DNA from: Eremomyces bilateralis CBS 781.70
Taxonomy: Eukaryota
DNA length: 35,478 nt
Assembly (NCBI GenBank): GCA_010015585.1
Contig: ML975151.1
Direction: 5' to 3' (one strand)
In this document: positions 1 through 11,227 of the stretch, in pieces
Position numbering within the stretch: position 1 is the first letter of the stretch
Layout of the letters: each line of letters begins with the position of its first letter
The notes under the pieces: model-generated
The model's database searches: none
Told to the model about the DNA's origin: nothing
The model's input: the letters and a program-made list of their open reading frames with translations, nothing else
Made by a program: the position numbers and the translations under genes

Positions 1-577
1 TAATGATTGTTTGCCAATGACTTAAAACCATCGGAATAAGTCGGCGGACATAGAAAGCTCGTTCTCCCTAATTGAAATCGAATTCGAAAGACAGGCGGAT
101 AAATGTGACAGATACGTACTCAGTACGGAATATAACTGGACCCCATTCAGGGGAAGATCAGCAACGAAGCGAAAAGCTCGTGAGTTCTGAGTGAGTGAGA
201 CTGTGAGTGAGTCGCGCTCAGTCAGCATGGTCCAGCGGACGGCAAGCACTAACAATGTCGATTCTGGGGATGGGCTCCATTATTGTCTTTGAACCCCCCA
301 ACGTGAAAATCGCTTTCATTCATCAAGTCTACCGGTATTGAAACGCCCAGCCCACTTGTCCTTGGCCTCATGATCCGAGGTCAACAATAGGAGTTTCTTC
401 CATGACTAACTAAGCTGTGTTCGAGGGGGCACGGCAGTCCGGTCTCCTTCACAGCTGATGTAACAGATAATCGGCTTGCACTGCGCCTTTGGCAAGCCAT
501 GACACGACGATTGGTGCGCATGCTCGCCTCCCTGGAATGGAGGATCGTGGGATATCGGCTAACTGGAGGATTTTTAG

Positions 578-2373
578 GTGCGCGCAAGCGTCAACCTCGG
601 GGTACTCCTCGTCGTTATCCTCACCCTTATTTTCTTCCTCGACAACCGCTACCGAGTCCTCCCCAACTCCATCCACAGTCACCTTCCCCTCCACCACCCC
701 GGCCTCGTGATCACCGACCTCACGATCAAGACCTGCAACAAGGCCAACCCATTGTCATCATGCCGCCTCGACCCAGATGAATGGCACCGCATCGAGAAAG
801 ACCTTTACCTCGGATCCAGCTGGACCAAGCAGGCGTTTGTGCACATCCGTTCCGCGCGCGAAGAGGAACTGGGCCTCAAAGATATGGTTGTCATGGACGT
901 GCGGGTGGGGAGGTTGGATCCGTCGGTGGGTGAAAAAGGGCAGGAGAACCAGAAATGGGAGTCCCGGCCGGGCGGCGTGTGGATCAAACTCAGTTCCAAG
1001 CGGCATGACAGCGATTCCAAGAAGGCGGTCACGGCGGTGGAGGTGCTCTTCGGTGCCGATGCGGCCGACCCGCGACCGAGCTGGGAGCTCAAACCACCGT
1101 TATTGCTGGACATGTCGTTAGAGGCGGCCACCCCTCGACTCACTGTCCAAAGAGGTTCAACTCCAAGAACTATTGAGAAGCCCACTCCTCGCGTGCGGAG
1201 AGACGGGCGGTTCAAGATCATGCAGGTGGCCGATATCCATTTCAGCACGGGAATGGGCGCGTGTAGAGACCCGGAACCGCCGGAACCGCATGGTGGAAGG
1301 TGCGAGGCGGATCCAAGGACTCTTGAGTTCCTCGGCAAGATGCTTGACACGGAGAAGCCAGACTTGGTTATCTTGAGCGGTGACCAAGTGAATGGCGAGA
1401 CGGCACCGGACGCACAGACCGTATGTATCCCGTTTGCGACGATTGTCAGATGGGCGCTAACAAGCAGCCAGGCCATCCTAAAGTTCGCGGATATCTTCAT
1501 CCAGCGCCAAATTCCGTTCGCAACCATATTTGGAAACCACGATGACTTTGAAAAATCCTCCCTCTCCCGCCAAGCGCAGATGTCATTGATCCATGCTCTA
1601 CCCTTTTCGCTCAGCGAGGCTGGGCCGGCTACCGTCTCCGGCGTTGGCAACTACTACGTCGAAGTTCTTGCGCCCGGCACCAGCACGCACTCCGCGCTTA
1701 CCATCTACCTCCTCGATTCCCACGGCCACAGCGGGAACGAGGGCTACGACTACATCAAAGAAGACCAAATCAAGTGGTTCAAAGCTACCTCCCGCGCGCT
1801 GAAAGATCAGCATAAGAAATATACCCACATCCATCTAGACATGGCGTTCATCCACATCCCCCTCCCCGAGTACCGAGAGGTCGGGAAACCGGTGCAAGGC
1901 TCCGTGACGGCGGGCGGGGACGACCAAAATAATGGCCAGGTAGTTTTCGGCGACTGGAAAGAGCCCGTCATGGCGCCGAATAAGAACACGGGTTTCCGCG
2001 ATGCTCTCCTCGAAGAAGGAATCAGCGTTCTCAGCGTCGGACAGTAGGTGCCATTACCCCTTCAAAATCCTTCTCACTAACCTATCCCAGCGACCATGCG
2101 AACTCCTTCTGCGGCATCTCCTCCAAGCCTAACGGCGAAGAACCGACCTCATCCCACGACCAGCGCACCATGTCCAAGAACATGTGGCTCTGCTACGGCG
2201 GTGGGGCTGGGCTCGGTGGCTACGGCGGCTACGGCGGATATCGTCGACGGGTCCGGTTCTTCGAGCTGGACGCCAACGACGGCGGCATCAGCACGTGGTC
2301 GAGATTGGAGCACGGCGACCGTGGCAAGTTCGAAGATCATGTCTTGGTCGAGGGAGGGCAGGTGGTGGTGTAA
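578..2373 (+). CDS. DCR2: DCR2-like calcineurin-like metallophosphoesterase with N-terminal membrane anchor (~565 aa); exons 578-1420, 1472-2043, 2091-2373
   Basis: Metallophosphoesterase motifs are present: DIH (QVADIHF), GD (LSGDQV), GNHD and FIHIP. GHDH is restored across intron 2 (GTAGGT at 2044, CTAAC, CAG at 2090). Intron 1 is 1421-1471 (GTATGT/GCTAAC/CAG). The N-terminus is hydrophobic and the C-terminus has a GGYGGYGGY-RRVRFFE motif. Confidence 0.88.
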
Positions 2374-3538
2374 CTGCTCCGATGTATATATTCATGCTGG
2401 GACCGGAGCGTGTCAGTTTTGGCAAGGCGTTTAGGATCGAGGCCATCTGGAGACGGCGGGGATACCATGGATGGGGCCGTTCGTGTTCTTACTTGTTGTT
2501 ATGAGTCAGACTTCACACTTAGGACAGATATCTGGTCTTTTCAACTCTATATTCCCCCACGTGACTTAACCGGACTTCGTTCTTTGCGCTCGAAGAGGTC
2601 GATGTCGTTGACAACAAAGTTACCAAGGGGAGGAGCATAGTCAAGCGTCGATGTCTAATTGGTCGGTTGACACCCCCAATATTTCCGAGAAAGGGTACCC
2701 GTAGGAACTAAGAACGAAGGACCTCAACTCCTTTCTGCACATGAATGTATGCCACAAGCTGATAGGCGTGTGTATTGCAATATGTCTTGTAACAACCAAT
2801 CTTTCCGTCCTTCTTTCCATTGTCCTTTTTACTGCACATGTCAAATATCTACTACGTACTAGGTCCAGAGCAAGAAGTTAGACGAGTCAATATTCCCCCT
2901 GCTCCAAATGAGCTAGCGTCATCCCCAACGCACGGGATCATCCGTCGCATGGAGCTTGCGCGGCTTGGCTGGACTCCGTTGGTGATCTTACGCATCCTTG
3001 CTGGGTTATTAGGAATAACAAGGAAGAACTCCACCGCTCTCACGCTCTCCGGGCGTGATGCGGGCGCCTATTGGCCAACCCACCCCCGCCTCTCGCTGTA
3101 TCTCGTCTGTACCTCCAGCCTGTCAGAACGCCCCGCTGCTCTCTTGCCGCCCACCACCGCGCCGTATCACACACCCCTAAGACCATACCGTTCGTCTGGG
3201 AGACGATGCGTGCGGCCGGATTGACGACCCTCGTCGCCTTTAAGAATGAGGGACTTCCCAGTATGCTGACTTGGCGAGAGATCTCGATCCCCTCTGCGCG
3301 ACACGTACCGTAATATCGCTGATACCAGGATTCTCCCTCCGACACAGCAGGACTGACGGAGAGTACAAGAGGAGGAGTGGGAGTTTGACTAGGGCTCATG
3401 CAAAAACTTGCTTTGGAGTCGTACCGTTGACTGGGTGTCCTTCCAGCACTGCCGCCGCTTTAAACTCGCCCGACCATCTGATATCGAGACGAGACACGCA
3501 AGAGGCAGATATTGCCGTCTCGGGAAACCTTTCGCACA

Positions 3539-4578
3539 ATGCACTTCTTCCCCTCGAAGAAGTGGCGGACGCCCTTAATCCTCTGGGGACTCATGGTCAT
3601 CGAACTAGCTCTGACGATACCAATCCTCGCGCTCTTCGGTATCGCGGCTCCGGATTTATATCGGACGAAGCTATGGCAGGAGGGAGCCGATCAAGGCTTC
3701 AACAGCGACCCGAAGGCGGGTTTATATGCCGCGGCCAACTACAGGTCGTATAAGACGCCGTTGATATGGAGTCAATTGTAAGTGGCGCTTTACCATGCGA
3801 TGGTGCGATTCAAGCACCGCCCAAGTAGTTCGAAACTCCGAATTAATCTTCAGCAGCCTCACGAACTTCAATCTCGTCGCCTCCGTCCTCGGTCTATTCC
3901 TCCTCCTCACCAAAGGGACGATGCATGTCCTCCATGCATTCGTCCCGGTTATCTCCGTTATCGTCCACAGCGCTTTGGTCGGGGTCTATGCCTACAGTGT
4001 GTACGGTCAGTCGTCCAAAGACCTCTCCGACCCACGTCATCCGCAGAAAGGCCTGGCATGGTATATCACGAAGGACTGCAAGATTTCGTCGTACAATACC
4101 CTCAAAGGATACTGCATGCAAGCAAAAGTTGCATTCGTCCTCAGCTCTCTCATGCTGTACGTTTCCCCACCCCACCCCTCGCCCCTTCCAATCACTAACC
4201 CCGCCAACCAGCGCCCTCTACGCCCTCTACCTCGCCCTCAGCCTCTACAACTGCATCCCCACCGCCGCCCAAAAAGCCAAGCGCGCCGACATCCGCGCCC
4301 ATCGCCACGAGCTGAAATCCCACCACGAGGAGCTCTCCGAGGCGCAGCAGTGGGAGCTGCGGAGTCTGCCCACCCCGGGCCTGCCGCCGGGGACGCCGAG
4401 CGCGAGCGGCGCCCCGCTGATGACGCCGCGGACGAACGCGTTCCATGCGCTGGGCGGGTCGAGGCCCGGGGAGCCGACGCCGCCGACGCCGCCGGCGCAG
4501 CAGGCGGGGGGGTGGGGGTATCAGGGGGGTGGTATGTTGCCGTGGAGTAAGAGGGAGTTGCCATTGAGGGAGAAGTAG
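3539..4578 (+). CDS. Fungal 4-TM (MARVEL-like) membrane protein of unknown function (~301 aa); exons 3539-3777, 3857-4156, 4212-4578
   Basis: Three ORF-track fragments join through canonical introns (GTAAGT 3778..CAG 3856; GTACGT 4157..CTAAC..CAG 4211). The product has four hydrophobic segments, a two-Cys loop, and a Pro/Gly-rich tail containing PLMTPRTNAFHAL. Confidence 0.75.
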
Positions 4579-4943
4579 GAGGATTTAGGGGGTTGGATGG
4601 GTCATTTGGATGTTCGGCGTTAGATGCTCATGAGGTGGGATAGGGCTGGGCGGAGTCCGATTGTCGGTGACGACGGAAGCGCAATGCATCACATGGTCCT
4701 TCCTGGAACGGGACCTTGCGAGATGCGATGATGATAAATACCTCCAAAATCTATCGGGCTGCTGATATTGAACGGATTTCTTTGGCATAAGTTCCTTTGA
4801 GCGCAGATATCCCACGCATGTCTATCTTTAATAATGAACATATATTTTTACACAAATCTCGCTGTTTTTGACAATATCGTACAGGTAGTGTTGCATACAG
4901 GGCGAGGGATGAGGAAATCGTCGGAGGATGCAAAAGCTGCCGG

Positions 4944-6511
4944 TCATGTTGAAGCTTTCCTCCAGATCCCGATAAACCCCCCTCCGGTCGTCATAGCACC
5001 CACCTTAGGTCTACAAACCCAAACCGTCTCCTCTTCCGTCCGATCCCTCCCACTCCCAACACCCCCCTCTCCCCCCTCTTCCGCACCATCCCCCTCTTCC
5101 CTCAACTTCTCCCTCTCCTTATCCTTCTCCCTCACCCTCACCCTCCTCAAATCCCATTCCCGCCCCCCACTCCCTCCACTCCCACTCACAGCCTCCACCA
5201 CCCGTTCCAACACCAACGGTAGCCCCTCCGCCCGCACCGCGTCGATCCCCCGACACAGCTGCGTAATACTCGGCACCCACAGCGCCACCGGTGCGTCCCG
5301 CCGCAGCGCGCGCGCAACCGCCGGGAGGTGTGTTTCCGGGGAGGGGAGGTCGAGGACCGCGGCAGAAAGGAAACCTTCCTCGTCGCCGGCCACGTCCACA
5401 ACTCCGTCTCCGTCCGTTGGTTCTCGGGTAGGAAGGGAGTCGAAGCGTCGCGCGAGGTACTCGGTCGGCGTGCAGACGTGGAAATCGACGTGCGGGTAGT
5501 AGATCCCCCGGCGGAAGGTGCGGACGATTTTGCGGGCGTGCTTTTGGAAGGTGGGGGCGCGGTCGCAGGAGTGGAGGATGGCGTGGCGGGTGGATTTGTA
5601 GTGCGTGTAGGTTTGAAGGGTGGCGAGGGTGGCGGGGTCGGCGACGGGGTCGGAGACTTCGGAGGGGTTGGGTGGAGGGGGTTCTGAAGATGGGGGTAAA
5701 GGGGGTGAAGGCTCGGGGGTTTCGGCGGATGGCGGAGGAGATAGTTCGGATGATATGGAGGGGGTGGAGGGGTGTATTGGGGGGAGGACAGCAGCGTCGG
5801 TTCCTGGCTGTTGGGCTCGCTCGTGCGCAATTTCGAGTGCTAGTGGTGGTAGAGGGGGTGGAGGTGCGTTCCCAGCGGCGATGGCTCGCGCGAGATGGAG
5901 CGTCAACCCTCCCTGGCCGGTCCCAGCCTCGAGCACCTCGAACGGGGCGTCATTCTCGGCGCTGGGTGGCTCGACGTGGATATCCAGCAACGACACGATG
6001 AGATTCGCATCGCACGCGTAGATCTACCCCCCCATAGCATCCCGTCAGCCAACCGCAATTGTGCCGTCGTCGATCGCGTCGCAGAGGATCCTACTCACCG
6101 GCGTCACCTCCCGCGGCGTCAACCGCACGTACTCATCCAACGTCGGCGCATACACCCGATACGCCTCCTCGCGGCTGCTCCGCACCACGTCGCGCGGCCG
6201 CTTGCCGATGACGTCCTCATGGCGCAGTTGGCCGCGGTGAACGTTCTGCGACTTGGCGGGCTTCAAGGCTTTGAGGAGCTTGCCGTCGGCGGAGGGGCGG
6301 TTGACGGGGCGGATGAGGACGACGTCGTCTTCTGCGGAGTTTGTTAGAGGGACCGGTATGAGGAGGGGTTGGAGGTTTCCGTACCTTGGAATGGGCGGTC
6401 GATGGAGGAAAAGGAGCGGAGGTGATGGCAGAGAGGATAGAGGAGGGATGTTTGGCGGGTGGACAGCGATCTGTACGGCACGTTTAGCCTTGTGAGGCAA
6501 TGGAGCCGCAT
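4944..6511 (-). CDS. Trm61/GCD14-family tRNA (adenine-N1)-methyltransferase, probably mitochondrial (TRMT61B-like; ~479 aa); exons 6511-6385, 6331-6099, 6023-4944
   Basis: The spliced product reads PTLDEYVRLTPREVTP|IYACDANLIVSLLDI. It has SAM motif VLEAGTGQGGLT, AVLDLPSP and PSITQ. The N-terminus is Arg/Ser/Leu-rich and acid-poor. Introns are 6384-6332 and 6098-6024, both canonical. Confidence 0.85.
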
Positions 6512-7926
6512 CTGATTAAGGCTGGGAGGTGGGTGCACCACTATATATGGATGTATGTATACCTTCTTCACGAGACCTCAAAAGTTCTTGATATTGCACA
6601 TTCGCAGGCTTCATTTCCTGGTCCAACATGAATTGGCTAGTCCATGTTTGTCCTAGTGGAATCTGACAGGATTCCCTAAATCAGGGAAGCACTAAACACT
6701 AAACAGGGACTGGAAAAGTCGCGCGGGCGGTTCCGTTATCTCTGGAGTCAGGAGTGTCCCGAGCGAGGACATTCTAGAGACTGGACGATTTGTGAATTGG
6801 AACCGAAGATCTGTCGTTTCCGGTTCCTGAGAACCAGACAAAAGAGAATTATATAAATCAGATATCATTTATTAACCATCATACCCATTGTATCATCCAG
6901 CTTGAAGTGGCTTGCGTGTTGGCTATGCACAATCCATTATCAATTAGTATCATGAAGTATCAACATCATCCCTGTGAAATGTTATGCAGCGCTAAGGCAG
7001 GGCAAATCGCGGAAAGTGGCGTCGAAGTGCATCCGATGTCCCAGCAACGTGATGAAAGCTATGATCAAGATTCCATTATGATGGCATTCTGGTTGTAAGC
7101 CACTATCGTCACTAATCAGTCAATCCCCAGTGGCAATCCTGCCCTGAGCCCTCATTTAACTAACCAGCGACACCAAAACTTGACAGGCCCCTCCCGCGGC
7201 GGTAGTTCCATCACCGGAGGCGCCGGAAATTGAGGGAAGTAGGAACCAATCTCGGGTTTCGGCAACGACGAGAACGAAACAAACCTACAAACGACGGGGG
7301 CATGAGGCCAGTAATTACGACCGAGATTCCAGATGGGGACAACCGGATAACGGAACAAGTAATACAGAATGGATGGAGACTTATTGGTGAGATGGTACGG
7401 CAGAGATATGGGTGCTACATATGGCAGGAGAGTAGCGGGGAGTGTCACGATGGTTTCAAACGGAGGACGGTTTGAGGGGGTTGGATACAGGATACATGCT
7501 GCTAGCCACACAGTCAATGAACTAATCCGTTTCCACAGCAAATCATCATGAAACATGAAGCATAGATAGTCGGAATCGGAAGAGGGGAATGTCCCATAGC
7601 AGTCCCTGCCTCCTCTCACGACTTCAACCTGCCGCTAACAACTGCCCCATCCCGAATCTCCTCCACCGTCTCTTTTTCTTTCCTTTTCTTTCCTTTTCTT
7701 CTCCCCATCCACATCCAATTCTTTTCTCTTCCGTCTATCCATCTCATCCATTGCTCATCCAGCATCTGTAGACTTCCCATCTGGCAAACTTGCTTCATCT
7801 TCATCCTCGCATCCATTAGCTACTTTGCGCCGATCCCCCGCCCCATTCTCCATCTTCACCTCCGACGCCACATCATCACCACTTGTCCCCTCTCAATTCC
7901 ACTCTTAAAATCCACTCTCGATCGCC

Positions 7927-8729
7927 ATGCATACCTCTTCCGTGCTGATCGCCATCACGGCGACGTTGGCCAGCCTGGTCGCCGCTCAGAACGACACCAG
8001 CTCCAGCGACGACACCTACGCCGTCCTGCCCAATTCTGTGGATACGAACACTCGCATTTCTTGGTGCCGCGCGCAACAGAACAGCTGTCCTCAGATCTGC
8101 GGTGGAAGGACGGCAGCCAACACTTGCAATCAGGTAAGAATTAAGATATGAATCATCCCTGAGTTCATCCTCTCATCCACTCCACCGCAATCCATGCGCT
8201 GTGCTTTCCCTACACCAAGTCACCAAACAACATAATCCCTCCACCTAGTCACAACAAGCACTTCCCAACCGAGCTCGCTTCTACAACCACCGCTAACCCC
8301 CCCCAGAAACTCCTTGAGTGGGAATGCGAATGCTTCGGCGGCAGCACCCCCAACATTTCCGACTATTCCCAAACCCTCCCCGGTCTCATGTGCGAAGAAT
8401 GGAAGGCGCAATGCGTCAAGTCCAACCCCGACAACCTCCCCGGCCAAAACATCTGCCTCTCCGTCACCTGTGGCCAGAAGAACGCCTCCGCCCTCGCCTC
8501 TCCCCTGCCCTCCAAAGGCGTGAGCTCTACCGCCTCCTCGACCGCCTCCTCAACCTCGCCTACTGGTAGCACGGGCGGCTCGTCCCGCGGAAGCGAGGTT
8601 TCCTCACCGGCTGGAGGCGCATCGGCTGCTCCGAGCAGCGCTGCGGCAGTGGCGTTGGACGTCGGGAGGCAATATGGAACCGGCGCGGTTCTGGGACTTG
8701 TCGCTCTCGCCTTTGGGTTTGCGTTCTAA
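7927..8729 (+). CDS. Secreted Cys-rich, Ser/Thr-rich, probably GPI-anchored cell-surface protein (~209 aa); exons 7927-8133, 8307-8729
   Basis: It has a signal peptide (MHTSSVLIAITATLASLVAA), a 10-Cys domain spanning intron 8134-8306 (GTAAGA/GCTAAC/CAG), a Ser/Thr/Gly stalk, small-residue omega candidates (SSAA) and a hydrophobic C-terminus (GAVLGLVALAFGFAF). Confidence 0.82.
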
Positions 8730-9544
8730 GCGGTTTGGATATCGACTGTGCTTCGCGCGGATGTTACAGCAGATCGACGGTCAAAAAAGTTACTAAAGGC
8801 TTGGACTCCTTGGGCCGATGGCAGGATCAATGTTGACGACTGGATGAGATGACATGGGTCAAATTTCAGTGGATGAACTCTCCAACCACGGGTGTGGCGA
8901 CGAGGTCGACGAGCAACGCGTTTATCATTGCCCCTTTCCTTCCCTTTCACGTATAACAACAACCCCTTATGCTTTGTTCATTCCAGGGTTGCAGCGCCGG
9001 TGTTATTTGCGAGCCGGCTTTTCTGTTTAGTACTCTTCGATGTATTGGGGATGGGCTCAAGTGGATGTTGCAAAAGAGAGGATGGATTTCCCGGCTCCTC
9101 GATGATGGGTCAGCTGGATTGTTGCAGGCGCAACATGAATTGTAGTGGAAACGGGACAGGGCAGGGCGATACGGCAGCTGGAGTATTAGCGTAGATATGA
9201 ATACGATCGGTTCTCTGGTTTAACTCTTTTCAATCTGATGTTCATAATACTGCGTATGGGATCAGGCCACGGATGAAGTGCCCCGGACACGATGTCTGCC
9301 GCAGAACAGGTGGAGGCGCAGGTGGTTCCATTTTCTTCGTGTCTCTTTGCCAAAGTCCACCGAACACTCTGATAATGCGGCTATTCTTCGAAAGATGAAA
9401 CCTCTCGCTTCACGTTTATGAACCGTATCTAGCATGGTCAAATGGCCGCACCTGGGAAAACCCCTGAGCTGTATAATGGAATTCCAGCGATGATAACCGC
9501 ACGTTCATTCATATTGCCAATACGCAATTTCTATCCGCCAGAAT

Positions 9545-11227
9545 TTACAGAGTGTAAATGAAGTCCGGTCTGTGAGGTCGACATCAGCATCGCAACACAC
9601 ACCAAGAAACACAAGAACCAGAACTTACCGCATATCACCCATCCTGTCAATCTCAGCCTGCGACTTGCCCTCGATCCAATGATCCCGCTTGCCCTGCAGC
9701 CGTTTGGCGTTCTCCGCCCGCAACAACAGGTACGTGACGATGCTGCCGCCCAGGAGGAAAACCGACATATACCCCACGAGGGTGGCGTGACCGGGGAAAA
9801 ACCGGGGCCTGTCCACGCCACGGTAGATGTTGCTTGATACGATGCCGTTCAGGTTGCCCCAGCCGATCATCTGCGGATGTGGATCAGTCGAATCCTGCGG
9901 AGTCGAAGGGGGACTGCGGGACTTACAATGCCGAGGGTGACGCCGCGTTTGAAGACGCCTTCGACGTTGTTACTGCACCAGGAGATCGAGTTCGCGATGC
10001 AAGGGTAGATGCCTACGGCTCCCAGGAATGTTCCGGCGTACTGCACTTGGGGGTTGCTGGTTCCGATGAGCATGACAAACCCAGCAATGCCAACCAACGA
10101 TATGAAGATGTTGCAGAGTCCGCGTTGTCTTGTCCGGTCGGCGATATACCCAATGGCGACCGTCACCACCGCGGCGGCAGCGTACGGCGGCACGCTCAGC
10201 AGGTTCGCCTTGATGCCCGAATGCCCCATCTGGGTAAGAATGGTCGGTAGGAACAGCGAGAACGCATATAGCGTCCCGTCCGCACCCATATAGATGATCG
10301 CGAACGCATACGTCTTCCAATCCCGCAAGCTCGCCCATAGATAGTCGTTCTTCCACGCCTCGTGCTCCGCCGAGCTCTGCTTGTCGTCGCGCAGCCGGCG
10401 CAGCACGCGCGCGCGGTCGTCGTCGCTCAGGAACTTGGCCTCATCCGGGAAATCGTGGACGAGCCAGATGCACAGGACGCCGGCGACGATCGTGACAAGA
10501 CCTTCCAGGATAAAGATCCACGCCCAGCCGGGCTTTCCGCCGATCCCGCGCATTTGCACGATGGCGGCAGCGAGGAGGCCGCCGAAGGAACCGGCGAGGG
10601 CGGCGGCACTGAAGAAGATGGCGGCGCGGACGCCGAATTCGGAGCGCTTGTACCAGCATGACAAGTAGTAATTGACGCCTTATAACCGTTAGTTGTTACT
10701 CGATGCGACGAACGCTATGACATACCAGGGAATAGTCCAGCTTCCGCCAACCCGAGGAAGAAGCGAACAGCACAGAGGCCTTGCCAGTTATGCACCAGCC
10801 CCATGCAGACCATGCAGATCCCCCATAGTACCATCGTGACGGTCAGGAATCTACTCGGACGCAGGATCTTCAGCAGCACGTTCGTCAACGGCTCGCACAG
10901 CGAGTAGGCAATGAAGAAGACCGTCAGGCAGATGTTATACTGCACTTCGGTCATCTTCAGATCCCGCAGGAGCGTGTCCACCTTCGCATTCCCGATGTTC
11001 GTTCTGTCGAGGAACGAGATCAGGTACAGGAACGACAGCCATGGGATCAGGCGCAGGTCGAGCTTCCAGAGCAGTTTTCGTTCGATGACGGCACGCTCCT
11101 CCGGCGAGAGGTGTGCGTCGGGGTCGTAGATTCCATTGTCGGCACTGACAATATCCCCCTTCAAATCGACCTGCTTTTCGTCTCCAGAGGGAGAATGCTC
11201 GCTCCCTGCTAGCGATTCCTTCTCCAT
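9545..11227 (-). CDS. MFS transporter, anion:cation symporter (Dal5/Tna1-like) family (~506 aa); exons 11227-10726, 10678-9927, 9870-9629, 9569-9545
   Basis: Family motifs are LDRTNIGNA, RFFLGLAEAGLFPG, WAWIFILEG, LLSVPPY and the C-terminal RPDFIYTL. There are three canonical introns. Substrate cannot be assigned from sequence. Confidence 0.9.

Noticed and set aside
805..1650. 281-aa minus-strand ORF, and similar long antisense or alternate-frame ORFs at 4834-5499, 30208-30828 and 33115-33702
   Set aside because: These are shadows of well-supported GC-rich genes and have no recognisable motifs.
2820..3399. Intergenic ORFs of 119-134 aa between DCR2 and the 4-TM gene
   Set aside because: They have no recognisable domain, no convincing splice model and no codon bias like the real genes.
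7152..7619. 155-aa minus-strand ORF in a divergent promoter region
   Set aside because: It has a non-ATG start and no recognisable features, so it is probably a chance ORF.
9270..9300. GAAGTGCCCCGGA resembling RNase MRP conserved region I
   Set aside because: The match is imperfect and I found no complementary CR-V/P4 partner.
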